A DNA stretch of 64,000 nucleotides from Plasmodiophora brassicae (GCA_036867785.1 CP145422.1:558001-622000); one strand, 5' to 3'; shown: positions 48,754 to 60,536, counted from the stretch's first letter. Numbers and translations: made by a program. Notes: generated by a model not told the origin, from the sequence alone.

Positions 48754-51034
48754 ATGGCCGTTTCTAGCCACGCCATCGTGGCCGTGCTGCTAGCCTCCGT
48801 CTGCTCGGCTGGCGCCTGCAGCATTTACCTACAAGCAAGCGACGGCGCGACGCTTCCCCTCCCTAGGAACGACATCCACCGCTCGGCGTTGCTTCGAGAA
48901 ATTGTCGCTGCCCGTAATGGTCCGAAGGGTGGTGTCAACGTTTCTGTTCCTATCAGCGCTGACCTATTGGAACCGGTGCCGATTTGCCATCTGTACAACT
49001 GGTGAATGCCAATCTAACTGTGGTGTACGCCGATCAGCTGGTCGAGTTGCTGGGCAGTGATCATGTGCCAAGCCACTTCCTGCACACGAATATGCTGAAT
49101 GTCCTTCCTGCTCTTGCTGTCCTGGAGATTGACCACCATTTGCTCAACGACATCTATGCCACAGTCAGACGGATGCTCGATGTCCCGGAAGGCCAGTATT
49201 CGTCCTCGCAACTGCAACACCAGCTGGAACTGTACGCCAAATTGTGAGTCTCGTCTGTCTAATCCTGCCTGCCGGACGTACAATGACAATGTCGTGTGGC
49301 GCAGGCTGGGTGCCAATGAACTGCCGCACTGGTTTATCGACGAATATATCTTTCGAGAGGCATTGTCGAATTTCCGGAACAAGTGCCTTCCAGGTCTGAC
49401 TGCAAGCAAGCTGGTATGCTCTTCGAAATCTGTTTGGGGGGCCCTGCACAAACGGTGGTTTTCGGATCTACCACTGGGAGCTGTGACAAAAGTGTACAGC
49501 TCCATCCCATATTGTTCATATGGATACACCTGCGCCGGTTCTAATTGTTGGCCATACGTAGGGACTTGCGCGGCAACAGTCTCGAAGCAGTGTTAGACAG
49601 GACCACTTTCGATGGATTTCAATCTCTTCGCAAACTGTATGTTCTGCTATACGAAGAGGCTGCTGGATTGCGGGTTTCTAAACCATGGAATAGGAAGTTG
49701 GCCAGCAATCGGATCTCGACGATTGAGGACGGCGCCTTCTCCAAATTGTCGTCGCTTGACAGCCTGTACTCATCATCGTTCTGCCTGTGTAACCTATGTG
49801 GATCGCATTTGGTCTGAATGATGCACAGGTATCTGGGTGACAATCAAATATCGATTGTCACGAAGCGCATGTTCGAAGGACTATCAGGACTGAGATACCT
49901 GTAAGCGCCCTTTCAGTCTCTCTTCGAACAGGGCACCCCGAGTGACGGGTGTGTAGGGCTCTCGGTCGTAACCAGATTTCGGTGATCCGGAGGGGTGCGT
50001 TTGAAGGGTTGACAAAGCTGACGCATATGTATGCACCACTGTGCCAGTCCGCCAATGTGTGGCAACTGTTTAACCTGTGGACAGGATCCTGACGGCCAAT
50101 CGAATTTCAACGCTGGAGAGGGATGCTTTCTCAGGGCTGTCGTCGCTTGAGTTCTTGTAAGCGCTGTTATGAAAGTGGCTCGATACTGCCTGATTGGCGC
50201 GCAGGTACTTGGACGAGAATCGGATATCGGTGATTGGTGAAAGTGCCTTCGACGATTTGTCGTCACTGCGGCTTCTGTACGTATCGTTTGCCTGCCTGCC
50301 AATAAACAACGGGCGTCTAAAACCAGTGTCTAGGGCGCTGCGCGGTAACCGGATTGCAACGATCACCAAGGGCGCCTTAGATGGGTTGCCGTCGTTGCGG
50401 CATCTGTATGCCTCGTCTGCATGCCTTCCTGCAAATCGCGGTTGTCTAAACCTCAGTCTTACATAGGGACTTCGGTGAAAACCGGATCTCGATCATCCAG
50501 GAGGGCACCTTTGGAGGACTCTCCACGCTGCTGCATCTGTATGCTTTGCTTGCCTTGCCAGGCAAACCCGCCGGCTAATAGTCACCCTTGCGTTAGGTTT
50601 TTATTCAAGAATCGGATTTCAACGGTCGAGAAAGGCCTCTTTGGAGGTTTGTCGTCGCTGCGGATATTGTGCGCTTCGTCTGCCGGTCTGCGCGATCAGG
50701 AGTTGTCTGAAAGCGAATCGTAGGGATTTACATGAGAACAACATCTCAAGCGTCGGGAAGGTTGAAGGATTACAGTCGCTCCGCCATCTGTAAGCGTGAC
50801 CTTGGCCCGTCTGCTATTGGAACACAGTTGTCTTACTGGTGCTTGACAGCAATCTGGCTGGCAATCAGATCTCGACTGTTGAGACGGGTGCGTTTGAGAC
50901 ATTACCGTCTCTGTGGAGCCTGTAAAGCGTCATTGTGCATGCCTTCTTTCTGGCGCTGATTTGTCTGAACAACGCGCAGACGTCTGGACAGCAATCCAGT
51001 CTCAAGCAAGGGCGTCTCTAATGTCTCTGAATGA
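48754..51034 (+). CDS. Secreted SKP1/BTB-like + leucine-rich-repeat protein, 15 exons, one LRR per exon
   Basis: Signal peptide MAVSSHAIVAVLLASVCSAGACS; IYLQASDG...SALLREIV...ISADLLEPLVELL...LAVLEI (SKP1/BTB-like). Exons 48754-48975, 49038-49243, 49305-49493; LRR exons 49562-49636, 49694-49765, 49829-49900, 49957-50028, 50085-50156, 50205-50276, 50334-50405, 50467-50538, 50597-50668, 50724-50789, 50850-50921; terminal exon 50980-51034. Confidence 0.9.
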
Positions 51035-51273
51035 GTATCGATAGGGCGTAGCCCGATCTCGACGATTGAAGAGGGGACATTCCGGGATTGTGATCGCTGC
51101 CCATGATGTATGCATGATAGCGCGGGCATCCCAGAGGATGGCAGGTCCCGGCAGAGGTAAATGAAACCCGCAACGACGGAATCTGCCAAACCGCTCCACA
51201 TCAGTCAAATGCAAACAATCAGATCGTGTATTTCCAGTTGGATCCGGATGGGCGGAACTGTACTCGTCGCAGC

Positions 51274-53795
51274 CTATTCGTAGTGGCATCGTAAGGCCCC
51301 AACTGGAAGCGCCTCAGGAGATTTCGTGGCTTGCACGAATTCAGATACTGTCTTTGCAACCTTGGGCGCAGTCAGACCCATCTTGTCGTAAATTATCTGT
51401 TCAGATATAAGCACCGAAGCTGACTGTTGAGGCGGCGACACCATACCTCAGCAGGAGCGGACGCGCCCCACTCTTTAACACCAATTGACTTGTGGGCATA
51501 GTCAGCCCAGCCCTTCGGGCTGGATGCTTCCACGCTAATGACAGGAACGCCGACGGGTAAGACCTCGCGCCGGTACTTGACAGGCTGGCCATTGAATAGG
51601 TCAAGAGAGGGCGCGGAGACCACCCGAATGTGCAACGTCTCCCGAAGAAGAGTTGCGGCAGACACAGCAACATGGACTTCAGACCCGCTGGCAAAGATGA
51701 CGGCATCGAGTGGCTTCTGGCCTATTTACCCCATAAGGGACCTGGAGGGCCGAAAGTTAACAGGCACCTTACCTGGGTCCACGATCACGTAGGCGCCCAG
51801 TGCGACCTTGTCAGCGGCTGTTTTATCGATGATCGCAGGCACGTTTTGACGCGTCAATGCGAGAACGGTGGGGCCGGACGCGTTTTCAATGGCAATGCGA
51901 TAGGCTCCGTTCACCTACAGCCACGGTTCGTGAACCAGTCTAGCAATTCAGTCGTGATACCACTGACCTCGTTCTGGTCCGCAGGGCGGATCAGAGTACA
52001 ATTGGGTGTCGCCCGCAGCAACGCACACACTTCGACCGGCTGATGAGTGGGGCCGTCCTCGCCCAGTCCAATCGAGTCATGTGTCATGATGAGGATTTGA
52101 CGAATGCGCCCAATTGCAGCCAGACGGACAGCCTATGCGGGTATGAATACATGCAACCATATCATGGTCGCCGATCGCACGTACCGGGAAACCGTACGTG
52201 ATGAAATTGAGGAACGTCGACGTGCACGGGATCAATCCGCCATAGAGCGACAGCCCGTTTCCAATGGCAAACATGGCGTGTTCGCGAACACCGTACCTGA
52301 GCAGCGCCAAAGTGAATCACGAGAAGCTGCGACGTCGAAGCAGCATCACCTGAAGTACCGCCCTTCGGGAGTATTCGACTGAAAGTCGTGAGAGCACTGA
52401 AGATCAGTCAACGTAGATGGAGTTAAATCAGCGGAACCGCTCAACAGCTCCGGGAGGTCGGCGGCCAACGCATTGAGAGTCTAGTAGCAAACGCATACAG
52501 TCAGCAACGAACAAGCGCAAGGTGCAACTACCCAACCGCATGGGACATCTTCCTCGTAGCAAGCGATGCCGCTGATGGTTTTGCCGGCAACTTCGCGAAG
52601 ACGTCAGGAGGAAGCTCGCCACGAAGCGTCCGGGTAAGCTGGGCATGCATGGCAGGATGCGCGCTGTCGTACTTCTTCACCAGCGTCTTCCATTCGGCCA
52701 GCGCAGTTCTGTTACGTTCGGCAACGGTGCCCCAGAACGACTTTACATCTCCAGGGACCACGAAATGAGCAGACGGGTCGAAGCCGAACGTCGTCTTCAT
52801 CTGGGCGATGTCATCGGCACCGAGTGGCGATCCATGGACGCCATGCGTCCCCGCCTTCTTCGAACCGAACCCGATTTTCGTCCGCAGGGAGATCAACGAC
52901 GGCCGATCGGTTACAGATCGTGCCTCATGGATCGCACGTTCGATAGCAGCCATGTCGGTGTCCCCGTTGTCAACGGTGATCGTGTGCCAGCCGTACGCCT
53001 CGAACCGTTTCGGGACATCTTCAGAAAACGACAGCGAAGTTTTACCATCAATGGTAATCTGGCTCGTTATCAGAACGCCATAGACGTATAGCGCCAACTT
53101 AGTGATACCTGATTGTCGTCGTAGATGACGATCAACTGCCCCAGCTTGTGGTGCCCGGCCAGCGAGCACGCTTCGCTGCTGACACCCTCCTGAAGGCACC
53201 CGTCTCCACAGAAGACATACGTGTAGTTGGAGAAAAGGGGAAACCCAGGACGGTTGTAGACGGCCGCCTGATGTACCTGAGCCATCGCCATGCCAACCGC
53301 AGTGCTGATCCCTTGTCCAAGCGGCCCGGTGGTCGCTTCCACACCCACAGTGTGCCGATATTCCGGATGGCCGGGCGTCTTGCTATCCCACTGACGGAAC
53401 GCTTTCAGGTCTTCCACCGACAATGGATACCCATTCAAATGCAGCATGGAATACAGCAATGCGCATCCTGTGTACGGATAATCAGACATTCTGGTCCCTC
53501 TGGCGCATGATCGTTGACGATACCATGGCCATTCGAAAGCACGAATCGGTCGCGATTGGGCCACGTCGGATCCGCATGCGACACCCGCAGGAATTTCGAA
53601 TACAACACATGGGCAGCGGGCGCCATCCCCAGCGGCATACCTGAGAGCGACGCGCCGATCAGCAAGCGCGCATCCCCCCAGGCGCAAACCACCACCGCGA
53701 CCTGGATGCCCCGAGTTGGCCGCCTGCACCATATCCGCCGACAGCGCGCGGATCGTCGCCACCGACCGCTCCTCGACGGACGTCGCCACCGCCAT
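51274..53795 (-). CDS. TKT: Transketolase, multi-exon
   Basis: [77 protein letters not shown]. Confidence 0.97.
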
Positions 53796-54158
53796 CCCCC
53801 CGAACAGCAACAAACGTCACGAGGCAGTGCCCGATCGAGATGGCCTTGATTGATAGTGCGCCCGTCGAGCTGCACCTCCACGGACGGAGAACGTCGCCGT
53901 TTTGCCCGAAGGCGCTGAACTCGATTGATCTCGAACCGCCGCCGGCCGACTCGGCGTTCTGGATTGTGGATTGCCCGGCAGACCTCGGCAGAATTCGTAC
54001 TGTAGGCGAAGCTCTGTCGAGAAGAACATGAGCTGTACTCGGGTGATGGGTGCGCGGGTGCTGCTGCGGGCGGAGAGGGCGCCTCGTCTCACCTGGGTGG
54101 TGCAGCGGCAGGCAGCAGCACGTCATAGTGGTCGTTGTCGGGCCGTTGCGTCGCGTCG

Positions 54159-56165
54159 ATGATGGCGCGCGCCGAAGGTGGGGACAAATGCTTGGGGGGA
54201 CGATGCCGGCATCGTTTATAACGCGACGGGGCAGGGTACTATGAGGAATACCAAAGGCAGCGGTTGCTGCAGCAGATTCAGAGCCGGGCGGCCACCAGCG
54301 AACGCGGCACCGGTGCACATCTGCTGACGGATCGTGCCGCCTACATTAGCTATCTGGAGATTCAGCTCGATCGCGTCAGCGCGTCGTGCATGGCGGTTCA
54401 GGCGTTTAGCGATCGCATCCAGCAGATCCAGGAGCAGACGTCGCTGCTGGAATCACGACTCCAATCGGTCTTGTGATGACTGCGACTCGCAGGACACGTT
54501 GCTGACGTATGCGTTGGGCGTTGTTCAGGTGACACAGGAATTGCACCTGGCCAATGCGGAAAGGGACAGGGCCCTGGAAAAGCTCGGCCAGGGCGACAAT
54601 ACGATCAACGAGCGGATTCGCAGCATCGAGAATCGGTGCCAGGCGATGGAGTCGCAACTGAAATCGGTCACCGTCGACGTTCCCGACATTGAGACGCAGG
54701 TGCGTTCTCGGCACAGGCACGACTAGCGTCCACGTCCTTACGTTCAAACGACAGGTGCACAAGATTGTCAAATCTAGACTCATGACGATAGAAGCGGCAA
54801 ACTCTACGTTGGCAGCCACGCTGAATGCCACGATCGAGAAGCGTGTCGAGGCATTATCACATTCACAAGTGTTCGTCATGAGTCTAGACTCGACATTCTA
54901 TGCTGGCTGACGACGACCTGTAGGATGACGGAGAGGAAGTTGAATCATGCGATGGCGAAGAACAAGGATACGATGGAGACGTCGTGGAAGGCGGCCGAGC
55001 ATCGCCTGACATCGGCATGGCAGCGCAGCCTTGCCGATGTCACGGATCGCTTCGCCACAATCAAATCGGAAGTCCTCCGGGACGTTCGCCAGCAGCTCGA
55101 CATTGATGATCTCAACAATCGTCGCGATGCCGTTTCCATGCAGCTGGGCGTACTGCAGGAACAGGTACAGATCAAGCTGTTTCAGCTGAGACGGCGTCGC
55201 CCAATGTAATGCATTGCAGGTCGCGGCACTTCGTCCAGGATTAACCCAGCACCTGGCATCGCTGTCGGAAAGAGTATCCAACATGGAACGTGACGACGAG
55301 CGGCAAGGTCAGGTTCTGGATGAGGTCAGGGAGCGTGCCCGATCAGCGGAACTGGCCTGCTCGAGGTTGGCGAGGGACGCACTCAAAAAGGCATGTGACC
55401 CATTGGCAGTGCCATCTGTGAACGCCCGCATGAATGGGTCGTTCGTGTAGATCGAGACGAACCGGTCGGAGATCATGAAGGCGATGGAGGACCTGAAGAG
55501 GCCATCGACGTTCGAGGCTGAGATACGTCGCGAGTTCCAGCGCCGGGAGCAGGCGCTATCGACGTTGATGCAGAACACGGAAAAGCAGGTGGCGCGGTTG
55601 ACGAGAGCGATCGAGCAGGTTCAAGAGCGTCACGAGGAAGGTCCCGAGCCAGATGTGCCTCGTAATGAATCTTCTATCCCTACATCGTCAGTCTGCTTTA
55701 CCGTGCCAGGCATGTCATTGACTTGCGACAGAGATACGGTTGACACTTCTGACGACGAAGACGTGGCACCGGAAGAGGATTCGCCGCCGCAACCGCCCTG
55801 GTTTGGCATGCTGGATGATATTCGAAGACGGCCGCGACATCCAACACCCTCCCCGATTCGAGGTTCGTCGAACACTAGAACTGGCCGCCAGTACGCTCAT
55901 TCTGCAGGACCAGGTCCCGCCTTCGACTGCAGAAAGGATGTCGACGATATCTTGAGGACAATCGACGTGATAGATAAAGCGGAACGAGGCGCCAAGAGAT
56001 CAGCCACAGGTTACCTGGCCGCCGACTGTAGAAGCGCAAACACTGACATGCACTTCAGGGAAGCGTGTCAAAGCGCCAGCAAAGAAGCCCAAACCGAAAT
56101 CGGGCGCCGACGGCAGAAAGCGGACGGCGAGGACATCACCGAGAGTGCCTGCTCCTAAACAGTAA
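54159..56165 (+). CDS. Coiled-coil protein of unknown function, multi-exon
   Basis: LLTDRAAYISYLEIQLDRVSASC followed by heptad-rich exons separated by short introns; both ends approximate. Confidence 0.6.
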
Positions 56166-56261
56166 CCAATATCTGATGCTAACCAGCCTGCCCTGTGCGT
56201 TCGTGCAATTTAGATTCGGTACCTGGACGCGATCGGCACCAGGATCGTGGAATCCAGACCT

Positions 56262-57984
56262 ATGTCGACGTTAACGTTGGATAGCGATGACGGCGACGGC
56301 GACTTGTCGAGGAAGATGGAGGACTGCGCCATGAAGGACGATTCTGTGTCGGAGAAGTCGCTGCCGAGGTACCCGAGCGCCAGCAGTGCTGCCATTGGCA
56401 GGCGACATGCGAAACGGGGCGTTCATCATGGTCGCCAGTCGCAGCTGAACGACGGTGATGACAAGAAGAGCAGGAAGAGGGCGGTGAAGGAGGGTGAGCG
56501 GGTTCAGCCGGGTCTGGCTGTAGGGAATCAGGGGGTGGCGCCAGAGAACGCTGATATATGGGCGTTCAAGCTCGAGAAAGGCGATGACACCGGCAGCGAC
56601 GTTGCATCCGAATGCGAGTCGGTTCTGTCGGAAATCGATTCCGGCCGCAACAGCCACCAGCGTAAATTGCCCCTGCTCGACATCAGCGAGGAGGCACCCG
56701 CCCCAGACGACAAGTCGCCTCGTAAAGTAAGGTTCAACCGGAAAGTGTACGTCGTGGTCGCCAGCATCATCGGGAAGCGTACGTTGATGGTGCTTGTTTA
56801 GGTCGGTGTCGAACACGGCCCCATTCACGAAACCAGACCTGGTCTATGGCATCGTCAGGTGCGCCGGCGAGCAAGACGTTGTGTGCTGACCGCAATCTGA
56901 CCAATGAGGTGGGCAGTGAGCTGCTGCAGTCGGAACGGTCCTATCTCGACGCGCTACTGCAACTCGGGCAGCTCGTCTTAACACCGCTGGAGAAGGCGCT
57001 GCGAGACGCCAACCCGACCACCGCCACCGTTATCCAGCGCCTCCTGAACCTGCATCGGATCATCTATTCGTCTCAGAAGCGGTCGCCCACGTTCGTTCCG
57101 ACCGTTCGTCATACGATCTCAAACGGCGTACAGGTTCTTCTGTGCGGTTCGCGACCGATCGTCCCTGTCGTACCGTCAAGGCACGCCGATGGCGCTCGCT
57201 GACGTATTCCTGATGGAAGGCCCGCTGTTCAGTGTCTACCGGGAGCTTGCTGCCTTGTTCGACGGTAACCTCGCCGGGACGAGTCCCGTCCCGATGCGAA
57301 TGCTCAATCGTTATTGCAGACGTGTGCTGTGCGATTTTCTATCCTGGGATCGATGGGGACGACTTCGCGCGCCCGGTATGCACCTTCCCGATCAGTCGGA
57401 CGCGGGCCCAGGCATTGTTAAGGAGCCCGCTGGAGCGTGTGTGCTCGTATCAGGCGTTCGCTGGGAACCTTCGTTCGCTGGTCGACGAGGGTATCGATCG
57501 CGACGCGTTGGATTTGTGGACGGCCGAGGCGGCCGATGCCATGCACGACGCCCAGCACGCGCTGTGCAGCGAGTTCAACCGGGAGAAGATTGAGGAATTC
57601 GAGCAGCGCATCGGGCAAAAGATCCTTCGTCGCGGGCGCGTCCTGATCCGGGCCGATCAGGTCACGGCGCGCGTCGGCGAGTTCTGCAGCGACCGTTTCG
57701 CGTTGCTGTTCGACGATCGCCTCCTGCTGTGCGACAACGCATCCGGCAACGGCAACCTGACCGTCGTCGATTCGCTGGACCTGAAATCCGTCAAGCTCGT
57801 CGACGACGAGCGCTACCGGCCCGCCGCGGCCTTCGACAACACCGACACGTGGATCCACCTCGTCGTCAGCGACACCTCGTCGACGCTGTCGCTCAAGACC
57901 GGCAAGGTCCTCAACAAACTCTGCTGGATGCACGACCTGCGCCAATGGATCGCCAAGGCCACCGCCAGCTGCCCGCATCAGTGA
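56262..57984 (+). CDS. Dbl-family RhoGEF (DH-PH), multi-exon
   Basis: ELLQSERSYLDAL...LTPL (DH CR1), LLRSPLERVCSY (CR3), RGRVLIRADQV..DRFALLFDDRLLLC...WMHDL (PH). Confidence 0.8.
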
Positions 57985-58259
57985 CGTGTATGGTGCGATC
58001 TCCAACGTAAAATGAAAAAAAACATCCTGGACAGGCGACAGCTTCGGCCCGCACCAACGCAAGGTGCAGTCCCGCAGTCGCAGAGAGGCGCGACCTCGGT
58101 GTTACCCGACCCGACGCAGCGTAGTATGATTGTAGCGTCGACTTCGCATTTCTCACCCGGGACCGCCGACCGGGGCAATGCAGCCAAGCGCCAAAATTGG
58201 GTGCTCCACGTCCGGGACACCCCACTCGAGTTGGGGCGGTCGCAGATCGTCGATAGGTC

Positions 58260-59870
58260 ATGGGGCGGCGCGTCGCGACTGGCGTCGTCATGCTGAACAT
58301 GGGTATGCGCGCAGAGCGCCATGCCGGCAGGGGTCATGTCCGGACTGACTCGTCGGGGCAGGTGGGCCGGCCCGTTTGCAGGATGTCAACGCGTTCCTGC
58401 GGCGGCTGTTCAGCGACAATGAACTGATCGACCTCGGGCGCTGGCAGTCGCTGCTGGGCCCCGTGATCGCGAATGTCAGGACGCCGGCGATCAAGAAACA
58501 TTACGATGAGATTGGAGGCGGGAGTCCGATCGGGCACTGGACGCGCCTGCAAGGCGAGCAGATGGCCGCCAAGCTCGACGCCCTGTCGCCGGGCACGGCA
58601 CCGCATAAGGCTTACACCGCGTTTCGATACGCGGAACCGCTGACGGAGCACGCTCTCATGTCCATGGCCGACGATGGCGTCGAGCATGCGATCGCGTTCT
58701 CTCAGTACCCGCAGTACTCGTGCACGACCTCCGGCTCCAGTCTCAACAACCTGTGGCGTGAAACGGAACGCTTGGGAGTACGGGACCGGTTCAAGTGGTC
58801 AGTCATCGATAGATGGCATGTCCACGAAGGGTACATCGGCAGGTACGCTGTCAACGATCGTGAGGTCGGCGGCGTTCGCTGACCCCTGCCAGTGTTGCTG
58901 CCTGCGTTCAGGAAGGTTTGAAACAAGTGCCCGAGTCGGTTCGCGACGATGCCGTCATCGTGTTTACATCGCATTCGCTGCCGCTGAAGGTTGTCGAGCG
59001 GGGCGACCCCTATCCGCAGCAGATGGCCGCTACTGTACAGAGCGTCATGCAGGCCATCGGGTACTCGCATCCGTACGTTCATGCATGGCAATCGAAAGTC
59101 GGCCGGCTACCGTGGATCGGTATGTCTGTCAGCTCCTTACTTCTGCTCTTGAGCCTTGACCGTGTCGACGAGACGTTGAATGTTGGCTTGCTGTTGCTCG
59201 TACAGCGTGCGAATAAGGCAATCGCCGTACGACGGTCCACTCACGAACGTCTGGGGGTGACCATCGGATTCATGCGAATGCGAGCAAACAGCAATCCAAA
59301 GCGCATCGTCTCGTCGACGTGACCTAGGCTCAGGAGCAGCAGGTTATGCTTTTGGACCGTTCTCAGACCTGTGCCCATAGGCCCAGGCACTGACCACACG
59401 ATCACGGGTCTAGCCAAATCGGGCCGAAAACACCTCGTTGTCGTTGTAGGTCTTCACGGATTGTCAAACGCGTGACGAACGGTCTGACTTTGGTTGCCAA
59501 GCCGCTTGGGTTCACTTCGGATCACGTGGAGACGCTGTATGAGCTGGACATCCAGTATGCGGGTGGGTCTAACGATGTCGGTCGTTTAGCGGAATCCCTG
59601 ACGGGGCATTTGTGCTTAGAAACAGCCAGGAAAGCCGGAATAGCGACATACGTCAGGGCGCCGTCTCTCAACGACTCTCCGCTGTTTACGCAAGCCCTGG
59701 CCGACATCGTTCACGACCATATGCGCCACGGCAGGACGCCCTCGCGCCAGTACCTGCTGAAATGCGCCCACTGCACGAACCCGCGCTGCCGAACGGTCGT
59801 CAATCCGTACCACGCACAGGACCAGCGAGCGCCTATCGAAGGGTCCCGTCAAATGGCCCAGTCTGCCTAA
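58260..59870 (+). CDS. FECH: Ferrochelatase with [2Fe-2S] ligand motif, multi-exon
   Basis: GVVMLNMGGP, FLRRLFSD, YDEIGGGSPI, FRYAEPLT, QYPQYSCTTSGSS, SHSLP, WQSKVG..PWIGP, FTSDHVETLYELD, C-terminal CAHCTNPRC. Confidence 0.96.
59143..59339 (+). other. Long imperfect inverted repeat (fold-back hairpin) inside ferrochelatase intron 59120-59380
   Basis: CTGCTCTTGAGCCT..GTCGACGAGACG..TTGGCTTGCTGTTGCTCG pairs with CGAGCAAACAGCAATCCAA..CGTCTCGTCGAC..AGGCTCAGGAGCAG. Confidence 0.85.
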
Positions 59871-60074
59871 ACCTCGTTCGTCCCCCCCTTTTTGCACGTG
59901 GAATGCTCCGGAAGTTCGCAGTTGGCGGGGCGATTGCCGATTGGGCACCCCCGAAAAAAAGGTCCTGGCGCGCGCGCGGGCTTTGGCCGTCCGCGCTGCG
60001 GCGCTCTGGCAATTGATCAACTCCGTTTGGTTTTATTCCCGCCGCCGCCGCCGCCGGTTCTGATTTCTGGTGCG

Positions 60075-60536
60075 ATGAAGACTCGCAGTCGGGCGAAGCG
60101 TGCAGTTCCGGCGGCGGAGCCAGGCGACGCTGTCGTCGAAGGGCACCGGGAGGTGGCGGCCGCCAAGGCAACACCGCGGCTGGTTGCCCGACGACGGACA
60201 AGATCCATGCCGGCGTCGCCGCAAGCGGTTGCGCCGGTCGGCGAGATGCCGGAACGCAGCGAGGATGAAGGCGATGAGCCACGAGCGCCGGCAGAGGATT
60301 CGAAACCGGACGTGCTGGGCAGTACTGACATGCGTGGGAAGTCGTCCATCGCGACGATAATCATCTTCACGATCTTGGCGACCGTTGTCGTTATCGTTGG
60401 CATTGTGGCGGCGCAGACGTTTCCGTCCAAGGTGGGCGAGTTCACGACCGGCCTGAACGACCTGGCGCAGCTGGCCGCTGCCCTCCCGTCTCGACTCCAG
60501 ATAGTCGCGCAGCAGGTTTGGAGCAAATATGTCTAA
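60075..60536 (+). CDS. Small single-pass membrane protein with basic N-terminus
   Basis: MKTRSRAKR...; TM segment IATIIIFTILATVVVIVGIVAA. Confidence 0.6.
   Translation: MKTRSRAKRAVPAAEPGDAVVEGHREVAAAKATPRLVARRRTRSMPASPQAVAPVGEMPERSEDEGDEPRAPAEDSKPDVLGSTDMRGKSSIATIIIFTILATVVVIVGIVAAQTFPSKVGEFTTGLNDLAQLAAALPSRLQIVAQQVWSKYV

Noticed and set aside
49562-50921. ~128-bp repeat/spacer periodicity as a CRISPR-like array or pseudogene
   Set aside because: Fully explained by LRR exons with canonical GT-AG introns splicing into one open frame
59120-59380. Intron hairpin as SRP RNA, TPP riboswitch or iron-responsive element
   Set aside because: By eye I found no SRP helix-8 motif, no TPP CTGAGA/ACCTGAT core and no CAGTGN loop; an Rfam scan is still needed
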